A DNA stretch of 61,849 bases, filler included, from Collodictyon triciliatum (Eukaryota): NCBI GenBank assembly GCA_043381765.1. It is 4 parts of 4 records of this genome, joined end to end, with 100 filler letters (N's around TTAATTAATTAA, not from the genome) between each part and the next. Parts side by side here need not be neighbours in the genome. Positions count along the whole stretch, not along the records: positions 10,742 to 34,912 come from JBHJMP010000356.1; 3 more parts are not named here. One strand, written 5' to 3'. The position numbers and the translations under genes were made by a program. Positions 17,901 through 28,200 of this stretch are shown piece after piece. A model generated the notes under the pieces. The model had not been told where the DNA came from, did no database searches, and saw nothing but the letters and a program-made list of their open reading frames with translations. How positions within the stretch are numbered: the stretch's first letter is position 1; each line of letters begins with the position of its first letter.

Positions 17901-19991
17901 TCCAACCTTAAAAAAAATATGAGTGAATAAAATAAAAATCTTCAAACATTACTGCATAATATGTCTGCTGCTCTTTTTGTGTGAGTTGGTAGAACATGTT
18001 TTGAATTATTATGAAGGGGATAATACTAGATCTAGAGCCGACCGCCTTTCCCATATCCCGTAAACAGCTTTTTTTGCAGCATTCTGTGACCCACAAGTGA
18101 TTCTCATGGGTAAGGACACCAGCAAGGATAAAGAATTTTCGGAGAACATTACAATGAGATGAAACTAAACGGTGGGAAGAATACCTCGTATTTGTCATCC
18201 CCAGTGAGCCAACTGAGAATACCAAACTCAAGAGAGAAAGTTGTGGCGCTGGCTGTAGATGTTATGTTTGATTCATCCTCCATCACGCCATGTCTTAGGT
18301 TAATCTAGAAGTCATTTATGTAATCATCGGTTCGTGGGAGAAAGAGTAGGGGAAATAAATGGATTTATATATTAAACAGGACAGGACAAGACAGTAGGAC
18401 AGCAAAGATAGGAGGGGAAAGGAAAAAGGGAATAGGAAAAGGGGGAAATGAAGGAAATAAATGAAGGTGATTAAAAAAAATTGGCCTCAACACATACGAC
18501 TTACTGAACCATAGGGAATTCCAGTGGGTGTGTTAAATGCTATACATAAAAGGGATGGAGAACAATCAGTAAACTGGCATATATGGACTTCAATGGGAAT
18601 GATTCCTCTTTACATTTATTAAGTATAATAGCACATTGGGTTCATCAGTAGTTTTAGAAGGGAGAAGATTAAAAAAAAAAAAAAAAGAAACCCCTGATCA
18701 ATCTGTTTCCCAGGTCTATGGATAGATCCAATAACTTCGACTTTCGATTAAAATCAATGCTTAAGTGCTTGGAGTGAAAAGGGTCTTTACTGAGCAAATG
18801 TGCTGATAGGAGCCCACCCAGGGCTCGTATATTCAATTCTAAATATTTTAAGTGACATTATTAAATATATATGGCTTTGTACACTATTATTAAGTATTGC
18901 CCGTCTTGAATAAAGGAAAAAAAATTAAGTATTGCCCGTCTTACATCGTGCAAATTGAGAGTGGAATAATTAAATGAATATATAGATAAATAAAATTATT
19001 TAATTGGTCTATAATTATCCTCAAAAAGAAAAGCAAAGTAGCCAGATAGAGGGCTGGATGGGGAGACCAAATAAGATTGAATTACCAAATACTGAAACAT
19101 TATCGTCTATGTTAAAATCGAGGTTATTTGATATCCACGTCACAGCCTTTTCAAACTCTGTGTAATTGCCAAATATCTATATCACAGGTGATTTTAAAGA
19201 AGAGAGAGAAAACATGAGTCATGAATCTGCAAGAACAAATATCATGAATTACATTAGGTAATAAGTAACCCAAAGATTAACGAGATGTAGACCTTACCAC
19301 GAGAGCATCCAGCGAGTCGATTAGTGTCATAGCCGTGCTGATGCAGGGTATTGATAAAGTCTGATCAGTTTGTTTGATTTTTGGTTGTTGTTATTTGAAC
19401 CACAAAAAAGTTATGAAAACAGGAACAGGACTGCATGAAAATAAACCATGTAAGTAAAAAAAAAAAACCGACTTCCCAAAAGATTTCTTTCCCTGACAAG
19501 ACAACGGAAGAAGATCATCCATGGGAAAGGCATATGTCATGTAGCCGTCGTATGCGTGATAAAACATAGATACCACTTCCTTCCTACGATCAAATAAAAA
19601 TAAACACCTTCACAATCCAAAGCATAGATAAATGCGGGGGATGTCACACATATCTGATGTTCGAACGAGACGAAAATAAGAATGAGACCACACTCACGCA
19701 AAGGACAATTAGATAGAGTCACCTGTATTTTAGCACTTGCTCAGCAGGCAATGCGGAAGCCGCATGGCTGGAACACAAAGCAACGAGGGACAACGCAACG
19801 AGGGCCAAAGAAAGCCACCCCACTGGACACAGGCGGCCTCCTGCGGCGTATTCTCATGAATTAATCCCCGCGATATATCTTCGGCTATGGCGCCGGCAAC
19901 GCCAGAACAGAGTCAAGAAAACCGCAGAGAAGGCCAAGCGACCTCTGCCCCAAGCTCGATCATGACGCCTGTCGGCCCGTTCTCGCAGCAT
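14946..19991 (-). CDS. EDEM: EDEM-like alpha-1,2-mannosidase (glycoside hydrolase family 47), EDEM2-like, ~17 exons
   Basis: Spliced motifs [117 protein letters not shown]-terminal hydrophobic signal/anchor. Confidence 0.93.
17255..17314 (-). mobile_element. Diverged micro-retroposon copy with 17-bp TSD (1 mismatch)
   Basis: Reverse-strand ACTTCGAATCGAGTAAAGAGGG(A)n lies between TTATGAAATATAAGCTT and TTATGAAATATGAGCTT. Confidence 0.7.
18889..18942 (+). mobile_element. 5'-truncated copy of the micro-retroposon with 19-bp TSD
   Basis: GAATAAAGGAAAAAAA (18908-18923) lies between exact repeats ATTAAGTATTGCCCGTCTT (18889-18907, 18924-18942), in an EDEM intron. Confidence 0.75.
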
Positions 19992-20445
19992 GAAAGAGAG
20001 GGGAAGGAGGGAGAGACAGAAAAGGGGGTTTCCCGAGAACTTGCCCGAACCTGTGCGCTTGCTTTTCATCAATCCCTGGCGTGTGGAGATACTGGGTGTT
20101 TGTCGGGTTACGATCCTATTGCCCGGTCAGCCTTGTTCAGTGCTCTATGTTGTTCGCAGTTGTCTTCAAGAGGGCCACGTCCGGGGAGAGAAACCAGGAT
20201 ATTCTCATGGCCCAGTGATTGGTCGCTGTCATTTTCTAAGTATCCCCCACGCTACTTTCTCTCGTTGCTGACTCACAAGTTCAAGTGTTGGTCGTTATTT
20301 CAGTTTATTCGATCGGTGTGACACGCGCCGGTCGGAAGCAGTTAAGACCTCTTGCGGTTCTTCTGCCCTGGGAGAAGAGTTTGCGTTAGGGCACAGTCAT
20401 ACTGCTTGCTTCGAAAGAGGGGTTTATCGTGAGGTTGTCGTTGGT

Positions 20446-20515
20446 TTGTATCAGGGACTAAGTCAAAGTTAGCGTCATTGAAACACTAAGATGAAACACG
20501 AGTCATCATCTAGAG
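20446..20515 (-). ncRNA. Second intronic box C/D snoRNA, target unassigned
   Basis: Box C ATGATGA (20509-20503), box D CTGA (20454-20451), internal ATGA as candidate D', and a closing 8-bp stem TCGTTGGT/ACCAACGA (20438-20445 vs 20516-20523); lies in intron 2 of the host gene. Confidence 0.7.
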
Positions 20516-20728
20516 ACCAACGAGCCACTAGAAGAGAAGTCAAGGCGCGAAGTTAGCCTTGCATACCGTGTTTGGGGGAAGCTTGGGGCTGTTGCCGTAG
20601 ACAGGAGGTGGTGGCGGCATAGGTCCCTTGCGTATTACTGCAGGGAGAGTGAGTTTAGGTACTGGGACATGCACAGTTCAGGATGGGTCATTAAGGATGG
20701 TTCTTATAGAGCAGTTGTTCAAGATAAC

Positions 20729-20801
20729 AGGTTCAGCACTTGGTAATGGTATATTCACGGTTCAGTCATAAACACGGACCAATTAAGTGTCATCATATTG
20801 G
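20729..20801 (-). ncRNA. SNORD18: Box C/D snoRNA U18 (SNORD18) homolog
   Basis: Box C ATGATGA (20796-20790). The 13-nt guide TTGGTCCGTGTTT (20782-20770) is complementary to the conserved LSU rRNA sequence AAACACGGACCAA and is directly followed by D' ATGA. Box D CTGA at 20736-20733. The D'+5 rule points to the A in GAAACAmCGG, the known U18 target. Confidence 0.9.
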
Positions 20802-21081
20802 GTCATTGGCGGGGTGGCACAGCTGGAGAGTATGAGACGGAGGCGTTGTTATAAGCGAGTGTTGAGACTTTACCTCATGGGGTCTTCAGTGCGTCGGGCG
20901 CTAATCGAATTGAAGTGCCGGGTGGCATGAGGCAGTCTCAGCTGGCAGCCGTCCCGGGTTCCATAGCGATGCAGGTTAGGCAGGTATTGCTGTCGTGGGT
21001 GCAGACTTGTCGCTCGGTCTTGGGTGCTCGTTGTCCAGTGGTGTCCAGGCGGTTTGTGGATGAATAAGTTGTTTTGAAGAG

Positions 21082-21153
21082 AAAGCAAAGTACATTGTCT
21101 GCCCTCTATATATACTGTGCTGTTGGTACTTTGCTTTGTGGCTTCCCGCCAAA
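21082..21153. promoter_or_regulatory. Near-palindromic core promoter (TATATATA flanked by a 12-bp inverted repeat) with an adjacent E2F-type site
   Basis: AAAGCAAAGTAC (21082-21093) / GTACTTTGCTTT (21126-21137) surround TATATATA (21107-21114); TTCCCGCCAAA at 21143-21153. Lies between the divergent snoRNA host and SNARE genes. Confidence 0.5.
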
Positions 21154-21707
21154 ACTCACCAGTCTATTAGATTTTCGGCCGTAGACCACAAATTATTTCT
21201 GGAAAATATATATAATAATTTAAATTCTATTTTATTACTATTTGGTGTCATAAATATATCATATAAGTGACAATATTATATATATATTAAATTATTAGCT
21301 TTAGTTGCCAGTCGATGGCGTGCTAAGGCCGTTCCTGGAAATGTTCCTTGCCGTGCTTCTGAAGTTGATCCTGTTAATGGGGCGTGCAAGGGTGAGATTG
21401 AAATTGTCGGGGTTCCCTTATTTGATCACCGGCAAGTCAGGATGCTGCCTCGTTGATCGAGTCATTGCCTGCGGGCTTTTGCCGTTCTTCGTGGCACGAA
21501 GCCGATCGACCCAGCAAGAGATTTCCACAACTGCTTGTTGAACTAGAGATTCATTTGCATGATCATGCTTTCGGTTGAGCGTGTCCTGTCTATGATATGC
21601 TGTGCTTCTGCTGCTTCTGCTGCTTCTGCTTTTTTGTTGCAATTGTGTAAATATGTTCTCTCTCTCTGCAAGTAGAAAGGGACCAAAGAGAAGGAGGCGG
21701 TTGTGGA

Positions 21708-24169
21708 ATGAAGCCCAGTACTCCAGCCAAAAAGTCAAATAGCAACTTTGAATCTCGTTTTACCCGTGCGAACGATCCGGATGATTTCCATGATGACGAG
21801 GAGGTATGTTATGTGGACGGCTGTGTCTTTCTTTCTTTTTGTTTTTTTTCATTTGTGCCCGATCAAAAAGTGAAGAGATACTGTCATAAAAGTATAATTC
21901 TCAACAGTAATCGTAACAACAGTTTTCATCGCATTTCTTTCCGAATGTTTTGCTGTGCTCTCATCTTTTGACGATTTATTTCAAGACTCTTGTTTATCAA
22001 TTATTTATTCATTTATTTATTTGCTAACTAAAAACACGATGTAATTTCATGAGTACCCTAATGCTTATTCCAGTTAAAAGATTTATTTTTGTTTTCCAAT
22101 ATACAGCTCATCAATTAGAGCCAGCGATACTTTGAATCGAATAAAGGAAAAAAAATTAGAGCCAGCGATGATGTTTGCCAAAGTTCTCACTGCCACTTTA
22201 TAATTTTAAACCCAAGGAAGTTCTTGATGCAGCCTATGAGCTTCATAAAGATATTACTGCAGGCACGGATAGAATTGTACGAAAGCTGGAGGAGACAAAG
22301 CAGATTGGTAATTTTTTTTTATTGGTCTACGGTTAAGGTCATTCCGTATCTTATTAATTGATAAGGGAGAGGAAAATGAGACTTTTTTTTTTTGGAAAAG
22401 TGCACTATTTTATTCATGTAAATTCAATCAAAATTAGCAATAAACACCAACCAGAATTTAAAAGGCCAGTCAGGTATATCTTTATGTATATCTTGATCAT
22501 TTTCATATCTTTTTAAGAGTATTGACCAGTCGATTATTTGAGGCGTTGCAAAAAAACGTGATGTGTACAATAATCATTTTTGTGTGTTTTCTTTTCCATT
22601 TTTCTAATGCAAACCTATTCCATGTTGCTATTTTCCGTAATGAGATCTTTGAATCGAATAAAGGAGGGATCTTTCTACAATAAAATCATCGAATTTGTTA
22701 ACTAAATTAATATTTTTCCCCTTTATTCGATTCAAAGTGTATTAACTTGATTTATAATTAATATATATTTTAAACCCTCGTTGGTATAATTGCAGAACAG
22801 TTGGACCATATCGAACATGATGTAATGCCATTAATCGAGTATTTTCGAGTCACGAAAGGATGTATTATTGTGAATTGATAATATGAATAAAAGAATACAA
22901 TTTACTAAGATTCTTGATTGTCATATGGTACCAAAAACAAAACAAAAAAGATGGAAAGAGTGAACGACAACGTTGACAGCTCCAAGCCTTTAATTCAAGG
23001 AATACTCTCACTACCGAGTGCCATCAAAAACGGGTTTCTAGGTAACTAAGTCATGAGATGTTAAGAACATACACGAATATAGTAATTGAAGACAAACGAC
23101 TAAAAAAAAATACATCATTTATGTCTCCCATTCACTTTGAATCGGATAAAGGAAAAAAAAACATTTATATGTCCCATGAAAACATCCAGTCTGTTCTGCC
23201 ATTCATCGTATTATATACATTATGATCTTTTCAGTGACGTATAATTGACATGCATATGCAGGATTATTTTCAGCAGAACCCAAGTCAGCTTCTTCAAAGC
23301 TTCCGAAAGAATCGTCTACACCATCTTCTGGGCGAATTCAGTCAGGCCATCCATCATCTCAATTGGAACTCTCGAAAGATAGGACTTCAAGAGCAGGCTC
23401 TGCATCTTCCCCTAGTCAAGAGTGAGTTTTTTTTTTTATTATTGTTATTGTTATTGTTATTGTTATTGTTATTGTTATTGTTATTGTTATTGTTATTGTT
23501 ATTATTATTATTATTAATTATAAATTGGGACCAAAGGATATCAATGCCTTCATTCATTTATGGGGTTTTTAGGCACAATTGATTATAACAATATTTTTCC
23601 TTTCGTGCTGAATGCGTTTAATTTAACACCTCCTTGATTTCGAGTTTTGAGTTTTCTTCGTTTTCTTAGTTTTCTGCGTCCATCACTTAGTTTCCCAAGA
23701 CTTTAGCTGATTCACGCATACATACATTTATTTGCACATTACAGCACAAGATACACTTCCGTTCTCGGTCAAAAAGGAGGTCGTTTTGACCAAGAGACAA
23801 ACAAGCAGAGGGCAAACCTTGAAATTATGGGGACTCTGCTATCAGAAATCAAAGTAGTTATTGATAAAGAAGTCAATTATAAAAACTTCACATCCCAAGA
23901 CTTTATTTCTCTCTCCATACAATTCAGTAATATGATTTGCATAAGATTTTACAGCCTACGAAATTGAGCTGCATTTCTGTGATGATATCTACACATATGT
24001 AGCTTATGCACTTATTTATACCAACTACAATAATCAGGGCGCATCTGAAGAAATGGGACGGGAACTTGACAGCCAATCAGAAAAAATCGAACGCATCACA
24101 AATCGTACCGACGATGTGCACTCAAAGCTGGCCGACGCCAATCGAATGCTCAGAAAAGCCAACAACTGA
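21708..24169 (+). CDS. SNAP-25/SNAP-29-type Qbc t-SNARE
   Basis: Eight GT-AG exons give two SNARE helices with central Q layers (..RKLEETKQIAINTNQNLKGQSEQLDHIEHDMERVNDNV..; ..LLSEIKGASEEMGRELDSQSEKIERITNRTDDVHSKLADANRML..); no transmembrane segment. Confidence 0.85.
22113..22169 (+). mobile_element. Micro-retroposon ACTTTGAATCGAATAAAGG(A)n with 16-bp TSD (reference copy)
   Basis: Insert 22129-22153 lies between exact direct repeats AATTAGAGCCAGCGAT (22113-22128, 22154-22169). Confidence 0.8.
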
Positions 24170-24635
24170 AGTGGCAAAGATGTTGCAAACATACGAATTA
24201 GTAAATATTAAATCACGAAACACTTGCGTTTGCTCTCTACGGTGCGCACTCATCTCGCCCCTTTGTATGGCATAAGCTCACTGCACTTCGAATTGAATAA
24301 AGGAAAAGAAAAATACCTTTCTAGTACCCAATAAAATAAGAACATGAAGTATTCTGGTTTTGGGCGTCGAGGTTACACACATTACCTACCATCCTATCGA
24401 GCGCTCGGAAATATCATATATCTTTTTGTATTTGTTTGTACATGTTTACTTGATTATTTGTTTTTTTGTTGTTGTTTGCTATTTGCTATCCCTTTTTCTT
24501 GCCGAGCTCTGCAAGCGCCCCGGCCTCTGGACAGAGTCGCTAGTCCCTTTCAGCCAAAGCCCAACAAAAACACAAGGAATACAGAAACAGGACTTGAAAC
24601 TGCACTGATCAGCCCAGTCGGAGACAAACAGATGG

Positions 24636-24668
<33 letters not shown>

Positions 24669-25219
24669 CAAAACAAAACAAAACAAAACAAAACAAAACA
24701 AAACAAAACAAAACAAAACAAAAANNNNNNNNNNNNNNNNNNNNNNNNNNNNNNNNNNNNNNNNNNNNNNNNNNNNNNNNNNNNNNNNNNNNNNNNNNNN
24801 NNNNNNNNNNNNNNNNNNNNNNNNAAAAAGAAAAAGAAAAAGAAAAAGAAAAAGAAAAAGAAAAAGAAAAAGAAAAAGAAAAAGAAAAAGAAAAAGAAAA
24901 AGAAAAAGAAAAAGAAATAGAAATAGAAATAGATCAACAAAGAGAAAAAAGAAAAGAAAAATAAAACAAATAAACAAATAAATGCGCAAAGCTATAAGCA
25001 GAGAAGAGAGAAAATAATTTTTTTTTTCCCCTTCGATTCAAAGAGAGAAAAAGGATATAAACATTTGATACAGTTAAAGAGTAAAAAAGAGACAACTGTA
25101 AAAAGAAAAAAACGAACAAAGTCAAAGCCAAGCTTGAATTGAGTTCACCCTAACGATGAATAACCCCATGACTTAGTGGCATTACACAATAGCTACAAAG
25201 CCAACCCTCTGCTCTTTCT

Positions 25220-28200
25220 ATGCTACATATTCCCTACACACCCTCCACCCACTTCGAGCAGCGCTCCAGCCTCCCAAGCAGACAAATCCCAGAGGCAGCC
25301 TCACCACAGAAGCAAGTTCCAAAGATGACTACTTATCAGTCGCCGTCATCAGACTACACAATTGGAGGAGCAAGCAAGCCAACTCCCCAAGATTATCCAG
25401 AGAGAGTAACAACCTTTTCAAACAGGCACGCTAATACCCAAGACAGCACACTTACCTTTCTCGCAGGAGCACAATCTCGCAGTCCTCCCTTCTCAAGCAC
25501 ACAGTCAGCGATCAATACGACACCTGATTACAGTTCTACGTACGATATCCGATCAGCCAAAGCTGAAACGCAATCATCTGGTTCCCAATTCTCGAGTGGC
25601 TCCATATTGGAAAGATCATCTCAATATGATCGCAATCACGCGAATTATTCAGGAAAGCCTGAGGCACAAGCATCTGTTTCACAAATATCAAGCCATCAAC
25701 CACCCTCAAATCGGCAACCAATTACACCAGTGAGCGATGTTTTCTCTACAAAGCCAAGAACACAATCACCAAATATCCAACTACCAAGCGCAATAGTAGC
25801 AGAAAGGCCACCCCAACACACTCCTGCTAGGGACGGGAAGGGCACAACCAAACCCACAAATCAGCCGGTGCAGCAAGGATACGAAAATCTGAAGAAGGAA
25901 GGCTGGGCAGCGATTAAAAAACTGTATGCTCTCGGATCGAAACCTCTCAAAGCAGATTTACTTCCAAGTGAGGCTAACTCGCTAAAATATACATTCCCGG
26001 AGGAACTGGAAAAAGAATACAGCAAATATGAATATTTTTTGGATTCAAACGAAAGCAATCTCAAACGTACCCTCAACAGTAATATCGAGTATGCGTCAAA
26101 GATAAGTGAATTCAATCTAGAATGTGCCTTGAAATTAAAAACAAAAGTTGATGGGCACATTTCAGAGAGCGAATTAAATGGATTTTCATCCATCTCTCGG
26201 CTAGCAAAAAACGAAAAAGATACCATCCTGACTATGTCTTTGCTTCTGAAGTATAAATGGAAGTATCGATTTGTGTCAGGAAATTTGTTAAATTTTATCA
26301 TTGCAAAAAAGGTCTACGAGGAATTAGTTACCTCGAAGCAATGTTCCTTCCTCGAAACAAATCATCTGGATACGCACATATTGTCAAATTTACAATACCT
26401 TTCTTTTAAAAACATCAGATTCCCATCTATTTTGAAAGAGCTGATTCAGAGGGAGTCAAAACCAGGGTCATTTTTCGGCGGCAATATAGCGTCGATTCTA
26501 TGCTTTATCCATGAACCTTTGAACGGATTTGACTTTTCTGGACAAAATCTCAGTCATGCTTATCTAAGAGGTGCGAATATCCATGGCGCAAACTTGAGCA
26601 ACTCGAACCTCACTTGTGCGACCCTACGTGACGCGTTTCTCGATGAAGCCAATATGGACGATGCCAACTTGGAAAACCTAAACATTGGATTTGTTGCTCA
26701 AAAAAAGTGGAAGGGAAAAATTCAATCGATACTGCACCTAGATGGTGACTTATTGGTGGTTGCTACAGCGAATGAGAATCTAATTTGGAATCACATAACT
26801 GATGCAGAGGAAAAAATTTATACTGGGAGCGAGGTTAAAGTGATTGGGCTAGGGAAATCTAGAGACGGGAAACCCGCGGTTTTGTACGTCGAAAATAGTA
26901 ATACGATTTCTATATGGGGCGTGGAACAACACACAAAGTTGCTCACCTCAGATTCAGTCCAAGGGATTATCACATGCATCGCTTTTTACGAGGACAAAAT
27001 GGGAAATCGAATCATATTCTTTGTCGTCAATGATGTGACGATAGGGTGGTGGGACATGTGCTCATCAGAACTCATGCTTGGGACCAAGCAAGATATCCAC
27101 GCGTATGGAAAAATACTGCCTTTGAAAGGAAAATCAGACCCGACACTTATTGTCTGTTCAAAAGATGGAACAATGTTAGAGTACAACCACTCGACCAGAG
27201 AGACGAAGATAATCCACCAGTATGCTAACAAAGACTTTTTGACTATAGCGCCTGTTCGTTCGCATAAAAATACTTTCATCATCACACACAAGTCTGCGGT
27301 AGAAATTGTAGAGAACGAGGATGAATGGAAAGTACTGAATAGAATCACAGCTACAGATTACAGTTTCCACCACGCAACTGCGGTTATTCACGAAAACTAT
27401 GGGAAATATATATTAACATCAGACACAGAACGAGTTGGAACCTTGTGGGATTATAATGGGAAAAAATTGGAGAGTTACTACGGTTTCAAAAAGACTACCA
27501 CAGGAGTGTGCGCTATTGTGAGAAAGCAGGATGATAGTTTTACAGTTTTCATTGGTGATGATGACGGACTCATTCGGGGCTGGAAAACAAGCCCCCATAC
27601 CAATACAAAAGGGTTGACATCGTTTTCTGGGACAGTCAACTACGTTTCTGTAGAAGAATTGCATCAAAATAAAACATCGACGGTATTTTCAGGAAGTAAG
27701 GACGGTTCAGTCCAGGTCCGAGATTTACGCAACGGAAACTTGTACGCCTGCTTCAAGGATACAAACGGGCCAGTCCAATGTGTACGTGCAGGGATATGTG
27801 GCGATGAACCCGTTATTGCAGCTGGGGATTCAAAAGGATATATTCATTTTTGGAGCCAGAAAACCTTCAAACCAATTCGAAGTGTTAAAGCGAATGATGA
27901 TAAGATTGTTTCTGCTTTATACATAAAAGTGGACGGACACGATTTCCTGGCCACCTTGAACGCAAAAGGTTTTATTTGTGTATGGGACAACAAGAGTGAT
28001 AGACCTTGGCTAACAGAAAAAGCCCAGTGCGGGAAAGCCATTGATTTGTTGGATGCTTCACGAGATGGCAAGTGTATCCTATATGCACTCGGAGGGGACA
28101 TTTGTCGCCTTGACATCACCCCAGACGGCATCGAAGTTGGAGAAATGATAGAGTTATCTGTCACACCAGTTTCTGGGTGCCTGTTCACTGAGGATGAGGA

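Larger units (their letters stand above)
20290..21090 (-). ncRNA. Non-coding spliced snoRNA host gene (3 exons, 2 snoRNA-bearing introns)
   Basis: TATA at 21107-21114; pyrimidine-rich start CTTTGCTTTCTCTTC at ~21090; intron 1 20873-20638 (GTAAAG...CTGCAG); intron 2 20566-20368 (GTATGC...CCTAAC...CCCAG); AATAAA at 20309-20304. Only short ATG ORFs (<45 aa). Confidence 0.7.

Noticed and set aside
18899-18910. GCCCGTCTTGAA matching LSU rRNA next to the U18 target
   Set aside because: Only 11-12 nt and created by the TSD/insert junction; most likely chance.
20385-20391. CCCTAAC as a telomerase RNA template
   Set aside because: Too short for a 1.5-repeat template and positioned as the branch point of host intron 2.
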